Positions 1 through 10,581 are shown, counted from the stretch's first letter. The stretch: 64,000 nt of DNA from a bacterium (GCA_021801565.1 JAJYXV010000003.1:196894-260893); one strand, 5' to 3'. The notes: generated from the sequence alone by a model not told the origin. A program made the numbers and translations.

Positions 1-162
1 CACATATGTCTCAAAATTAAAAATCATACTACCTCCTTTAAATAAGTTAAAAAGCTGATTGTATTATAAAATTAAAACACACCGTTAGTCAATCATTTTG
101 CAAAGACTTCATTTCTTATAGAATGAATGGGTCGTCAGACGAGTTAAATATTTTTTATTTTT

Positions 163-759
163 ATGTTAAAAGATTTTATTGCAGATCCTTTGAAATTAAA
201 TAAGGATCTTGAAGGAATTAGTTTAAAGTCGGTTACTGAGCATCAGAAACTCTATGAGGGATATGTGAAGAAAACGAATGAAATTCAGAAGAAGATTCAA
301 GAAGCCGATAAGTCGGAAGCAAATGCGGTCTATAGTTATATTGGTGAATTGAAGAGAGAAGAAACGTTTGCGGTAAATGGAATGAAGCTTCATGAGGCAT
401 ATTTTCCGCTCCTTGGGGGAGACGGGATTCCAAAAGGAAAGATTTTTGAAATGATCCAAAAGGATTTTGGTTCGTATGATATGTGGAAAGAAGATTTTAT
501 TGCGACAGGAATGTCGGCACGTGGATGGGCGATACTTGCATACGATTGGAAGGATCACGGATTGCATAATTACGGAATGGATTCGCAAAATGTCGGGGCG
601 GTGTGGAATGCAACGCCACTGCTTGCGATGGATATGTATGAACATGCGTTTTTCATGGATCATGGAACGAATAAGAAAACGTACGTTGAGAGTTTCTTTA
701 AAACATTGAATTGGGAGTTTGTGAATGAAATATTAGAGAGGGTGATTAGTAGTCAGTAA
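163..759 (+). CDS. Fe/Mn-family superoxide dismutase
   Basis: 198 aa. C-terminal D-x3-H metal-ligand motif (DMYEHAFFMDH), an N-domain His in TEHQKLYEGYV and a second His in LHEAYF match the SOD fold. The sequence is divergent. Confidence 0.6.
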   Translation: MLKDFIADPLKLNKDLEGISLKSVTEHQKLYEGYVKKTNEIQKKIQEADKSEANAVYSYIGELKREETFAVNGMKLHEAYFPLLGGDGIPKGKIFEMIQKDFGSYDMWKEDFIATGMSARGWAILAYDWKDHGLHNYGMDSQNVGAVWNATPLLAMDMYEHAFFMDHGTNKKTYVESFFKTLNWEFVNEILERVISSQ

Positions 760-782
760 TAACTAACCAGAAAACAGAATTA

Positions 783-813
783 AAAACCCGCTTTTAAAAA
801 AGCGGGTTTTTTT
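783..813 (+). terminator. rho-independent terminator
   Basis: cccgc-ttttaaaaaa-gcggg hairpin followed by a T7 run directly after the SOD stop codon. Confidence 0.7.
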
Positions 814-827
814 GTATAGTTATATAC

Positions 828-1793
828 ATGGAACAAATGGTACCAATAACAAAAAAACCAGAGACATCACCGAAAGATTTTTTTCTTCATCTTTTATCAA
901 TTGTTGCGCTTTATGCGAGTGCAATTAGTTTTTCAACACTCGTTTTCCAGTGTATTAATTATTGGTTTCCCGATGTGCTTGCCGGATATTATTCAATGTC
1001 GTCATCATTTGAATCAATGCGATGGGCGATTGCAATGCTTGTGGTATTTTTTCCTACGCATATTGCCACAAGTATGTTTTTAAATAAGGAATATGGCGTG
1101 TCTCCGGAGAAGAAAGAATTGCGTATCAGAAAGTGGCTTTTGTACTTCACACTTTTTGTAACCGCACTTATTATTCTGGGCGATCTTGTTGCGCTCCTTT
1201 TGAATTTTATGCGAGGTGAATTGACTATCCGTTTTCTTTTGAAGGTACTCACTGTTTTCTTTGTGGCAGGATCGATATTCGGATATTATCTTTGGGAATT
1301 AAAAAATAAAGAGTTCACAAAAAAAGTGAAAATATTTATATATGTTATTTCAGCGATTGCAGGAATTGTAGTTATTGTTGGATTTTTTATTGCAGGTTCT
1401 CCGAAAATGGAACGTGCACGACGTTTTGATGAACAGCGAATATCCGATTTACAAATGTTGCAATCGGAGATTGTAAATTATTGGCAGAGGAAACAAGTAC
1501 TTCCTCAGAATCTTGACGCACTCAATGATTCAATAAGGGGATTCAGTGCGCCGGTAGATCCAAATACAAAACATACATACACATATAAAGTGAGTGGATC
1601 GGAAGCATTCGTACTTTGTGCCACATTTGAAACTGACAGTTCGGGCGCGAGTGATGTAAATATTCCTCGTGCAGTATACGGAGGGGTAAGTGGAAATTGG
1701 GAACATGGAATTGGAGAAAAATGTTTTGAAAGAGTTATTGATAAGGAACTTTATCCGCCGATCCAAAATATGCCGGTTCAAATTAAAAAATAA
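828..1793 (+). CDS. hypothetical polytopic membrane protein with C-terminal soluble domain
   Basis: 321 aa. Several hydrophobic helices in the N-terminal 200 aa. No recognisable catalytic motif. Confidence 0.5.
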   Translation: MEQMVPITKKPETSPKDFFLHLLSIVALYASAISFSTLVFQCINYWFPDVLAGYYSMSSSFESMRWAIAMLVVFFPTHIATSMFLNKEYGVSPEKKELRIRKWLLYFTLFVTALIILGDLVALLLNFMRGELTIRFLLKVLTVFFVAGSIFGYYLWELKNKEFTKKVKIFIYVISAIAGIVVIVGFFIAGSPKMERARRFDEQRISDLQMLQSEIVNYWQRKQVLPQNLDALNDSIRGFSAPVDPNTKHTYTYKVSGSEAFVLCATFETDSSGASDVNIPRAVYGGVSGNWEHGIGEKCFERVIDKELYPPIQNMPVQIKK

Positions 1794-1796
1794 TAT

Positions 1797-2543
1797 ATGA
1801 TTGGACAACGAACAAGAAATCTATATAGCCCAAATGGATTAGATCCGTTTAAACTCAGTCGCTCGAAAATTGAATTATTTACCGAATGTCCGCGGTGTTT
1901 CTATTTTGACCGGAGATTCGGTGTGGGGCGTCCTCCCGGGTTTCCTTTTACGTTGAATTCTGCGGTTGATACACTTCTCAAAAAAGAATTTGATATTCAT
2001 CGTGCGCGTGGATTAAGGCATCCACTTATGGAAGCATATGGAGTTGATGCGGTGCCATTTCAGCACGAGATGATGAATGAGTGGCGTGAAAATTTTAAGG
2101 GAATTCAATATTTTCATCGTCCTACAAATTTTGTGATTACCGGTGCGGTTGATGATATTTGGATAAATTCAAAAAAAGAATTGATTGTGGTTGATTACAA
2201 AGCAACGTCAACGACGAGTGAAATTACGCTTGATGCCGAATATCGAGGGGGATATAAACGGCAAATGGAAATATACCAATGGCTTTTGCGGAAGAATAAT
2301 TTTAAAGTTTCTGATACGGGATATTTTGTTTATGCAAACGGCGACAAAGATAAAGAGGCATTTGATGCAAAGCTCGAATTTAAGGTTCAGATTATTCCTT
2401 ATATTGGAAACGACAAATGGATAGAACCTGTGTTGGGAGAAATACAGAAGTGTTTAAAAGGAGATATCATTCCAGATGCGTCGGAAAAATGTGAATACTG
2501 TTCTTATCGTAATGCTGCGCGTCTCTATGAGAAAAACACTTAA
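1797..2543 (+). CDS. RecB/Cas4-family PD-(D/E)xK nuclease with Fe-S-type Cys cluster
   Basis: 248 aa. N-terminal CPRC, then D...VVDYK and QMEIYQ (QxxxY) nuclease motifs, then C-terminal C-x17-C-x2-C (KCLKG...EKCEYC). This pattern is typical of Cas4/AddB-like nucleases. No cas genes are nearby. Confidence 0.6.
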   Translation: MIGQRTRNLYSPNGLDPFKLSRSKIELFTECPRCFYFDRRFGVGRPPGFPFTLNSAVDTLLKKEFDIHRARGLRHPLMEAYGVDAVPFQHEMMNEWRENFKGIQYFHRPTNFVITGAVDDIWINSKKELIVVDYKATSTTSEITLDAEYRGGYKRQMEIYQWLLRKNNFKVSDTGYFVYANGDKDKEAFDAKLEFKVQIIPYIGNDKWIEPVLGEIQKCLKGDIIPDASEKCEYCSYRNAARLYEKNT

Positions 2544-2574
2544 TACTTAATATAAAATACTATATACTTACCAT

Positions 2575-3597
2575 ATGGCGGATAAAAGACTTCAAATTAC
2601 GACGTTATTTATATTACTTGGGATAGCGCTTATATTGGCATTTTTTATTTTTCGTCCGTACTTGTATCCGATCATTTTGGCGGCGGTGTTTGCGGTTGTG
2701 TTCGGTCCGATGCACAGAGAAATTTCGAAATTTATTGGTGGAAGAGAGGGAATTGGGGCATTGCTTACGCTTATTATTGTATTTCTTATTATTTTTATCC
2801 CGCTTTATTTTTTTGGTGCAAAAGTGTTTCAAGAGAGCAGAAGTATGTACCAATATCTTTCAGAACCCGGAAGAAACGTATTTGAGGGGGAGGGAGTAAT
2901 TACATATATTCAAGGAAAGATAGCGAACTATGCGCCGTCGTTTTCTTCAAATGCAAATCAATATGCGAAACAGGGGATTGATTGGGTATTTAATAATCTT
3001 GGGTCGGTTTTTTCAGGTGTGACTCAGGTGGTAATCGGACTCATCATTATGTTTCTTTCTCTCTTTTTCTTTCTGAAAGATGGAAACAAATTCAGAGAAG
3101 CACTTTTTGCATATAGTCCACTTGAAGACAGATTTGATAAACAAATTTTGAATACACTTGCAAGTACTGCAAGCTCAGTGGTGAGGGGAACATTAGTGAT
3201 CTCAATTATACAGGGAATTTTGGCAGGAATAGGATTTTGGATTTTTGGTATTCCGAATCCAGCATTGTGGGGGCTTGTACTTGTTCTGGTTGCGCTCATT
3301 CCAGCGGTTGGCGCTATGATTGTTATCATCCCAGCAGTTTTATACCTTTTCTTTAATGGAAATTTATTGTTTGCACTTGGGTTGCTTTTATGGGGAATAT
3401 TTTTCGTAAGCATGGCTGATAATATATTGCGCCCGATACTTATCGAAAAAACCGTAAACATACACCCATTTATTATTTTCTTGAGTGTTATCGGAGGAAT
3501 ACAGTTTTTCGGTCCAATGGGTTTTATTCTTGGTCCGATTATTATTAGTTTGCTATTTACTCTTTTTTGCATTTATCCGGAGCTTTTCAAAAAATAA
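2575..3597 (+). CDS. AI-2E family transporter (PerM/UPF0118)
   Basis: 340 aa. About 8 TM helices. The VVRGTLVISIIQGILAGIGFWIFGIPNPALWG segment is typical of AI-2E family proteins. Confidence 0.7.
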   Translation: MADKRLQITTLFILLGIALILAFFIFRPYLYPIILAAVFAVVFGPMHREISKFIGGREGIGALLTLIIVFLIIFIPLYFFGAKVFQESRSMYQYLSEPGRNVFEGEGVITYIQGKIANYAPSFSSNANQYAKQGIDWVFNNLGSVFSGVTQVVIGLIIMFLSLFFFLKDGNKFREALFAYSPLEDRFDKQILNTLASTASSVVRGTLVISIIQGILAGIGFWIFGIPNPALWGLVLVLVALIPAVGAMIVIIPAVLYLFFNGNLLFALGLLLWGIFFVSMADNILRPILIEKTVNIHPFIIFLSVIGGIQFFGPMGFILGPIIISLLFTLFCIYPELFKK

Positions 3598-3603
3598 TTT
3601 ATA

Positions 3604-4767
3604 ATGTTTGAAATTTTACAGAAAGACAAAGATTCCCGCGCCCGTGCGGGGATTATTCATACCTCGTGCGGTGATGTCGAAACCCCATCTTATGCAATCG
3701 TTGGAACACACGCAGAGGTGCGTTCGGTTTCTCCGAATCAGTTATTAGGGGCAAAAACACAACTTGTGATTGCAAATACATATCATTTGTGGCGCACACT
3801 CGGAAAGAAACTAGATTCATTTGAAGGACTTCACAAACGCATGAAACTTCCTCACACGGTGATTATGACTGACAGTGGCGGATTTCAAGTGTTCAGTCTT
3901 GGATTTGGTCGTGAACATGGGGTGGGAAAAGTGTTGGGGGGAGAAAAGAAAAAAGCGAGTGAGAATCTCACGCGTATCACTGAAGAAGGAGTATTTTTTA
4001 CCGATCAAGATGGGGAACATTTTTTGGGACCAAAACTTTCAATGGAAATACAGAAAAAACTTGGAGGGGATATCATGTTTGCGTTTGATGAGTGTACTTC
4101 GCCGGAGCATGATTATGCATACCAAAAGGAAGCGCTTCAGCGAACACATCGATGGGCAGAAATTTGTATTTCAAAACATCGCGAATTAACCGATAAGAAG
4201 AAACAAGCGTTGTATGGCATTGTGCAAGGAGGAATTTTTGAAGATTTACGGAAAGAAAGTGCACAATATATCGGCGCACTTCCATTTGATGGATTTGGAA
4301 TTGGCGGATCATTTGGAGAAAAGAAAATGGGAGAGGTGCTTGATTGGGTAATTCCAAATCTTCCAGAAGAAAAACCAAAACACCTTCTCGGTATTGGGAA
4401 AGTGGAAGACATTTTTTTAGGGGTTGAGAAGGGAATAGATACATTTGATTGCGTGATTCCGACGCGTGAAGCTCGTCACGGTTCCGCATGGACCGCACAG
4501 GGGAGAATTGATTTAAAGAAGGGGAGATACAAAGACGATACGCAGGTGATAGAACACGGATGTGGATGTGAAGCCTGCGCTTCTGGTATTTCAAAAAAAC
4601 AATTGAGAGAGATGTTTAAATCAAAGGATAATGAAGCGGGAACTTTGGTGAGTATTCATAATATATTTTTCTTTAATACACTTATGGAGCAGATACGAAT
4701 ATCCATAAAAGAAAACAAATTTGGTGAATTTAAAAATACATCATTAAAAAAATTGACACAATTTTAA
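3604..4767 (+). CDS. tgt: queuine tRNA-ribosyltransferase
   Basis: 387 aa. TPSYAIVGT, DSGGFQVFSLG and the C-terminal zinc motif CGCEAC match Tgt. Confidence 0.85.
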   Translation: MFEILQKDKDSRARAGIIHTSCGDVETPSYAIVGTHAEVRSVSPNQLLGAKTQLVIANTYHLWRTLGKKLDSFEGLHKRMKLPHTVIMTDSGGFQVFSLGFGREHGVGKVLGGEKKKASENLTRITEEGVFFTDQDGEHFLGPKLSMEIQKKLGGDIMFAFDECTSPEHDYAYQKEALQRTHRWAEICISKHRELTDKKKQALYGIVQGGIFEDLRKESAQYIGALPFDGFGIGGSFGEKKMGEVLDWVIPNLPEEKPKHLLGIGKVEDIFLGVEKGIDTFDCVIPTREARHGSAWTAQGRIDLKKGRYKDDTQVIEHGCGCEACASGISKKQLREMFKSKDNEAGTLVSIHNIFFFNTLMEQIRISIKENKFGEFKNTSLKKLTQF

Positions 4768-4817
4768 TAAGAGTGTTAACGTTAGATTAGTAATTTTCAA
4801 TTATTTAGGAGGTTCTC

Positions 4818-5288
4818 ATGGATGTGATAATTAATCCTGCTCGGATAATTTTTTCTCCAATTAATGCAATTCTTCCGATGATTCAGGGAAAAAAAGAGCT
4901 CATTTTTGCAAGTTTTAATATTGCAATCGAAAAGAAAGTGGGTCGAACTAAGAAAAAGAAAAGTGGATATTTAAATTTTGTTTTTTCTCGAGAAAGAAGA
5001 TATACAAAAATACTCTGGTCATTTTCAGATGCAAGAGTTGATTCATATAGGGATATTCAGAAATGGACAATGAGTGCTAATAACGACGGTCCAATTGAAC
5101 TCATTGATGGAATAGAGTCACCTTTTTTTAAGGTTGCTCACACAATGATGGAATCACTGGAAAAGAAACCACAGTCTGAAAACTATACTATGACAGTTTC
5201 GTGGGTTTTAGAAAATCCAAAAATTCTCGCATACACCGATTTTGTTCGATTAAATCAAACCCCTCCGTATATTTTTCGAATTGATTAA
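4818..5288 (+). CDS. hypothetical protein
   Basis: 156 aa. AGGAGG ribosome-binding site 7 nt upstream. No motif recognised. Confidence 0.45.
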   Translation: MDVIINPARIIFSPINAILPMIQGKKELIFASFNIAIEKKVGRTKKKKSGYLNFVFSRERRYTKILWSFSDARVDSYRDIQKWTMSANNDGPIELIDGIESPFFKVAHTMMESLEKKPQSENYTMTVSWVLENPKILAYTDFVRLNQTPPYIFRID

Positions 5289-5295
5289 TATAAAA

Positions 5296-5325
5296 CTGCA
5301 GGAATATCCCTGCAGCTTTTCTTTT
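5296..5325 (+). terminator. rho-independent terminator
   Basis: ctgcagg-aatat-cctgcag hairpin followed by cttttctttt. Confidence 0.65.
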
Positions 5326-5366
5326 GTGGATTAATATCTGTCGTACTTGAGGTATAATAAATACAC

Positions 5367-6866
5367 ATGACGACCCTTATCAAAAATGGGCTTTTATATG
5401 TTGGTACATCGGACGCACCACAAAAACTTGATGTGTTGTTACAGAATGATCGTATTGTACGAATCGGATTACTTCAAAAAATAAAGGCGGATGAAATTAT
5501 CGACGCTGCGGGATTCGTTATATGTCCGGGGTTTATTGACGTACATACACACTCAGATCATTATTTCAGTATTTTTTCCAACCCTCTTCAGGCAGATTTT
5601 CTTAAAGAGGGGATTACCACAGTTATTGGGGGAAATTGCGGCGAATCGCTTGCCCCATTTTCTTTTGCCCGAAAAAATGTGCCGACTGACTGGGGGCACA
5701 CACAAATGTCTTCGGCAAATATACAGTGGCATGATATTCGTGAATTATTTCGCGTATTAAAAAGTAAAAAATTTGGAGTTAATTTTGGAACGCTTATCGG
5801 ATATACCACAATTCGAAATTTTGTGACGGGCGGTGCCTTAAGAGATCTTACTGATTCGGAACGAGAGCTGACAAAAGATATTTTACGGGACGCATTAAAA
5901 GAAGGCGTATTTGGTCTTTCAACTGGTTTTGAACACGCACATGAAGAATATATTCCATACAAAGAGATATTTGATCTTATTAAAATAGTTGGAGAAAAAA
6001 ATGGAGTGTATGCGACCCACATAAGAGACTTTGGGAAGCGTCTCGAGTCGGCAGTATATGACGTATTACGAGCGGCTCGGGAAACCGGGACGAAAACAGA
6101 AATAAGCCATTTCATTCCAATAAAAAACTATGCGGAACAATATAAGAAAACGAAAGTAATTATAGAACAAGAATCAGCGGCAGCAAATATTCATTTTGAC
6201 ATTCCTCTTCTATATGAGCGAATTGTTCCTGTTCATTATTTTCTTCCTCACTGGGTTCACGATGAAAATATTGAAGAAATGTTTATACATATACATACTC
6301 CACATTTGAGAAGGAGGATTATAAATCATTTTTCAGAATTAGACTTAAAAAATGTGACTATAGCAATTGCTCCGAGGTATCTTTCTTCTCTTGTTGGAAA
6401 ATCACTAAGAGATATGTCAAAGAATTTTGGAATGTCTCTTGGAAATACACTCCTCTACCTTATGCAGATTTCTCATATGACAATGATGTGTTCGGTGAAT
6501 GATGTGGATAAAAAGACTCTCGGAGATTTCATTAATTCTCCCGTTTCCATTATTTCATCTGGAGGCTCAAGTTTTCTGAAAACTGAATTTAATTCAAAAA
6601 CATGGGAACCGATTTTTGCATCGATGCATGCTATTGCAAAAAAAGAAAATATTACGATAGAACGATTGCTTCCAAAATTTACTTCGATCCCTGCAACAAA
6701 ATATGGAATTCATGGTCGAGGATATATAAAAGAGGGATATTATGCCGATCTTGCTATTTTTAAAGATTCAATGATATCCGATGTGTTTGTAAATGGAGTA
6801 CATGTGATAAGAGCTGGAGTGCTTGGAGATGTGCGCGGGGGAAGAATGTTATTTAAAACACATTAA
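5367..6866 (+). CDS. D-aminoacylase-family amidohydrolase (N-acyl-D-amino-acid deacylase-like)
   Basis: 499 aa. N-terminus LIKNG...IDAAGFVICPGFIDVHTHSD matches the D-aminoacylase / metal-dependent amidohydrolase signature. Confidence 0.7.
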   Translation: MTTLIKNGLLYVGTSDAPQKLDVLLQNDRIVRIGLLQKIKADEIIDAAGFVICPGFIDVHTHSDHYFSIFSNPLQADFLKEGITTVIGGNCGESLAPFSFARKNVPTDWGHTQMSSANIQWHDIRELFRVLKSKKFGVNFGTLIGYTTIRNFVTGGALRDLTDSERELTKDILRDALKEGVFGLSTGFEHAHEEYIPYKEIFDLIKIVGEKNGVYATHIRDFGKRLESAVYDVLRAARETGTKTEISHFIPIKNYAEQYKKTKVIIEQESAAANIHFDIPLLYERIVPVHYFLPHWVHDENIEEMFIHIHTPHLRRRIINHFSELDLKNVTIAIAPRYLSSLVGKSLRDMSKNFGMSLGNTLLYLMQISHMTMMCSVNDVDKKTLGDFINSPVSIISSGGSSFLKTEFNSKTWEPIFASMHAIAKKENITIERLLPKFTSIPATKYGIHGRGYIKEGYYADLAIFKDSMISDVFVNGVHVIRAGVLGDVRGGRMLFKTH

Positions 6867-6870
6867 ATAT

Positions 6871-7980
6871 ATGAGAGATTCAACATATAAGACACACACA
6901 ACCGACTATGTTTTTATTGTTGTTGTTCTTCTACTTACAATATTTGGACTTGTTATGCTTACAAGTGCCTCATCTGATCTTGCAAAAACGAAATTCGGCG
7001 ACAGTTATTATTATTTAAAACATCAGATTATGTATGGGCTTATTCCCGGTATTATCGGTTTTTTTCTCGCGTTTTTTGTTCCTCTTAAGTACTGGGAGAA
7101 GTTTGCTCTTCCCCTCCTCATTATTGGTATTATTTTTCTTATCCTCGTATTTATTCCATCTGTTGGATTAGAGGAAAAAGGAGCTGAGCGGTGGCTCTCA
7201 TTCGGTTTTTTTTCTTTTCAACCCGGTGAATTAATGAAGTTTATATTCATTTTGTTTCTCGCTTCGTGGGTAAGTAGAAAACAGGCTCGAAGTAAGACAA
7301 TCACAAAGGGATTACTTCCATTTCTCCTTTTTCTGGGAGTGGTGTTGGGATTATTAGTGATGCAGCCATCAACTACTATCGCGGTGATTATTTTCCTTAC
7401 CTCAATCATTGCCTATATCACTGCTGGAGCGCACATTCGGTTTATTATTGTGACACTCATCCTTGCCGCCGTGGTATTTGTAGGTTTGATTTTGGTTACT
7501 CCCTATCGCATGGAAAGAGTAAAAACATTTTTTGATAAAAGTTCTGATCCGCTTGGTGCCACATATCATATTAATCAAGCTCAACAAGCAATCGGATCCG
7601 GGCAATTGGATGGTGTTGGATTTGGGAAATCGACAACGAAATTGAAATACTTGCCGGAACCGATTGGTGATTCTATTTTTGCAGTTATTGCAGAAGAATT
7701 TGGATTTATCGGTTCAATGGGGGTGTTGCTCGGTTTTTTGATATTTCTTGAAAGAGGGTTTATGATTGCCCGCCGGTCACCCGACAGTTTCAGTAAAATA
7801 ATTACCATTGGATTCGTTTCTCTTATAGGTATGCAAGCGTTCATAAATATTGGAGCTATTTCGGGGCTTCTTCCGCTTACTGGCGTTCCGTTGCCCTTTA
7901 TTAGTTATGGGGGCACTGCGCTTGCTGTTTTTTTGACGATGAGTGGCATTATTGGTAACATATCAGGGTATAGGCGTTAG
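6871..7980 (+). CDS. ftsW: FtsW/RodA/SpoVE-family peptidoglycan glycosyltransferase
   Basis: SEDS family: about 10 TM helices and a conserved C-terminus PLPFISYGGTA. The track ORF starts at 6823 and overlaps the upstream gene, so I prefer the internal ATG at 6871. Confidence 0.8.
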   Translation: MRDSTYKTHTTDYVFIVVVLLLTIFGLVMLTSASSDLAKTKFGDSYYYLKHQIMYGLIPGIIGFFLAFFVPLKYWEKFALPLLIIGIIFLILVFIPSVGLEEKGAERWLSFGFFSFQPGELMKFIFILFLASWVSRKQARSKTITKGLLPFLLFLGVVLGLLVMQPSTTIAVIIFLTSIIAYITAGAHIRFIIVTLILAAVVFVGLILVTPYRMERVKTFFDKSSDPLGATYHINQAQQAIGSGQLDGVGFGKSTTKLKYLPEPIGDSIFAVIAEEFGFIGSMGVLLGFLIFLERGFMIARRSPDSFSKIITIGFVSLIGMQAFINIGAISGLLPLTGVPLPFISYGGTALAVFLTMSGIIGNISGYRR

Positions 7981-8020
7981 AAGATGTACGCCGAGTTTTT
8001 CTCACCTTTTTTACATTTCT

Positions 8021-9148
8021 ATGATTAGAGTTTTACTTACCGGTGGAGGAAGCGGTGGGCACATATATCCACTTCTCGCGGTCACCGAAGAATTCGAAAA
8101 AATGCCCGATGTAAATGTTCAGCTTTCGTATCTTGGACCACGAGGACCGTTTGATGCAATTTTAAAAGAAAAGGATATCACCGTGTATTCAATTGCATCA
8201 AGCAAGCTGAGACGATATTTTTCGGTTGCTAATTTTATTGATGTTCCGAAATTATTTTTGAGTTTTTTTCAGTCGCTGTATTGGGTGTACAAAATTATGC
8301 CCGATGTGGTGTTTTCAAAAGGCGGTCCCGGTGCATTTCCTGTAGTACTTGCAGCACGATTTTATTTTATTCCGGTTATCATTCAAGACTCGGATGCCGT
8401 TCCGGGACTCACTAATCGTCTTTGTGGTCATTTTGCCACGCGCATTGCGGTGTCTTTTCCGGAGACGGTAAAATATTTTCCAAAATCAAAAACCGCAGTG
8501 GTGGGAAATCCGATACGGAAGGAAATTATGGAAGGGGCATTTAGAAAGGAACAAGCAAGAGAGTACTTTAAATTGAATCCTTTAAGGTCAACCATTCTTG
8601 TTTTAGGTGGATCACAGGGAGCAGCACAGATAAATTCATTTATTTTTAATAATTTAAAGGTACTTATTGAGGATGATATACAGATTATTCATCAGGTTGG
8701 TCCGGGAAACAAAAGGGAGGCGGATGATACGGTGCGCTCATTGCAACGGGAGATAGGAGAACAGCTGAATTCAGGCTATTCTTCATTCGAACTTTTGGAT
8801 GTATTACAGTATAAGAATGCATTTTCCGCGGCGGATATAGTGCTTTCACGTTCGGGGTCGACTATTTTTGAAATTGCATTTTTTGGAAAAGCGTCGATTC
8901 TTGTGCCGTTAGAGAGTGCTGCGAACGATCATCAACGAGCGAATGCATATAGCTATGCAAGATCAGGTGCTGCAGTCGTGCTGGAAAAAGAAAATTTTAC
9001 TCCGCATATTGTACTTTCGAAAATAAAAGAGCTTCTTTCTCACGCAGATATGTTACATGCTATGGAACTTGCCGCAAAAAATTTTTCAAGACCAAATGCT
9101 GCAAAAGAAATTGCCGAAGAAATTATAACGTTTGGATTAAGAAAATAA
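8021..9148 (+). CDS. murG: undecaprenyldiphospho-muramoylpentapeptide beta-N-acetylglucosaminyltransferase
   Basis: N-terminus MIRVLLTGGGSGGHIYPLLAV is the MurG G-loop. Track ORF 7943..9148 was trimmed to the internal ATG at 8021. Confidence 0.85.
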   Translation: MIRVLLTGGGSGGHIYPLLAVTEEFEKMPDVNVQLSYLGPRGPFDAILKEKDITVYSIASSKLRRYFSVANFIDVPKLFLSFFQSLYWVYKIMPDVVFSKGGPGAFPVVLAARFYFIPVIIQDSDAVPGLTNRLCGHFATRIAVSFPETVKYFPKSKTAVVGNPIRKEIMEGAFRKEQAREYFKLNPLRSTILVLGGSQGAAQINSFIFNNLKVLIEDDIQIIHQVGPGNKREADDTVRSLQREIGEQLNSGYSSFELLDVLQYKNAFSAADIVLSRSGSTIFEIAFFGKASILVPLESAANDHQRANAYSYARSGAAVVLEKENFTPHIVLSKIKELLSHADMLHAMELAAKNFSRPNAAKEIAEEIITFGLRK

Positions 9149-9152
9149 ATAT

Positions 9153-10571
9153 ATGACACAAAAAGAAGATAAAAAAGTGAAATTGCGATTTGCTCCTTCG
9201 CCAACCGGACCATTAAATATTGGAGGTGTACGTACTGCGTTGTTTAATTGGCTATTTGCACGACACGAAGGTGGATTATTTGTATTGCGCATTGAAGACA
9301 CCGATAGACAGCGTTCTGAGGCGCGATATGAAGAAGATATAAAAAAAAGTTTAGAGTGGTTGGGTCTTTCATGGGATGAATTGTACCGGCAAAGTGATAG
9401 GCTTGAAAGATATAAATTTTATTTGCAGACGTTATTGGAAAAGAAGTATGCATATTATTGTTTTTGCAGTGAAAAAGAACTTGAAGATGAATATCAAGCG
9501 CAATTAAGTCAGGGGATTCCCCCGAAGTATAGTGGGCGATGTAAATCTCTTTCTGATGAGGAAGTTCAAAAACGGCTTAAAAAAGAAAATGGGGTAATAC
9601 GTTTCAAAATGCCAGAAAAGGAGATTTCATTTAATGACCTTGTTCGAGGAAGAGTGACATTCGATACCAGACTTATTGGAGACGTTATTATTGCAAAGGG
9701 ATTAAATGAACCATTATATAACTTTGCAAATGTAGTTGATGATTTTGAAATGGGTATTACACATGTGGTACGCGGAGAAGAACATATTTCTAATACTCCA
9801 CGACAGATAGCGTTGCAAGAAGTACTCAATTTTCCCTCGCTTGTATATGCTCATCTTCCTCTCATTCTTGGATCAAATAAGAAAAAACTTTCCAAGAGGG
9901 ACCTTGCCAAATCAATCGGCGACTATAAGGCAGAGGGATATATCCCCGAAGCAATGATAAATTTTCTTGTACTTCTTGGATGGCATCCAAAAAAGGATAG
10001 GGAGATTTTGAGTATTAAAGAAATGATTGACGAATTCAGCTTTGAACGGGTACAAAAAGCAGGCGGAGTATTCAATCCGGAAAAATTAGATTGGTTGAAT
10101 GGACACTATCTCCGATTGAAAAATCCAGACGAGTTAATAAGTGCGCTCGATGTATTTATTCCGGAAAAATGGAAAGAAGAAAAAGAACGTTTGAAAAAAG
10201 TGGTTATGGTAGAGAAAGAACGCATGAAACGTCTCGGGGAATTTGTTTCTCTTTCTGATTTTTTCTTTGAACTTCGAGACTATGAAAAAACGCTTCTTAT
10301 ATGGAAAAAATCAAACGAAAAAGATACGTTTGAAAATCTGAAACACATCCATGCCACACTTATTTCTCTTGAAGATTTTTCTCATGAGTCTTTAGAAAGT
10401 GCGATAAATCCACTTGCGGAAGCGCAAGGAAGAGGAAATGTGTTGTGGCCGCTCCGCGCTGCTCTTTCTGGAAGAGCTGCTTCTCCAGGACCATTTGAAC
10501 TTCTTGATATATTGGGGAAAAAAGAGTCTTTGGAAAGAATTTCTGTCGCAATAAAGAAACTGAGTTCGTAG
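9153..10571 (+). CDS. gltX: glutamyl-tRNA synthetase
   Basis: 472 aa. RFAPSPTGPLNIGGVRTALFNWL (HIGH-region equivalent) and KLSKR (KMSKS). Confidence 0.9.
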   Translation: MTQKEDKKVKLRFAPSPTGPLNIGGVRTALFNWLFARHEGGLFVLRIEDTDRQRSEARYEEDIKKSLEWLGLSWDELYRQSDRLERYKFYLQTLLEKKYAYYCFCSEKELEDEYQAQLSQGIPPKYSGRCKSLSDEEVQKRLKKENGVIRFKMPEKEISFNDLVRGRVTFDTRLIGDVIIAKGLNEPLYNFANVVDDFEMGITHVVRGEEHISNTPRQIALQEVLNFPSLVYAHLPLILGSNKKKLSKRDLAKSIGDYKAEGYIPEAMINFLVLLGWHPKKDREILSIKEMIDEFSFERVQKAGGVFNPEKLDWLNGHYLRLKNPDELISALDVFIPEKWKEEKERLKKVVMVEKERMKRLGEFVSLSDFFFELRDYEKTLLIWKKSNEKDTFENLKHIHATLISLEDFSHESLESAINPLAEAQGRGNVLWPLRAALSGRAASPGPFELLDILGKKESLERISVAIKKLSS

Positions 10572-10581
10572 TCAATCTCTT

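Noticed and set aside
223-663. Antisense ORFs overlapping well-supported genes (for example 223-663, 5588-6115, 38306-38665, 60688-61104, 63582-63983 and others in the track)
   Set aside because: They lie wholly inside, or opposite to, genes with strong family signatures. They have low-complexity or implausible compositions and no ribosome-binding sites. I treat them as spurious frames.
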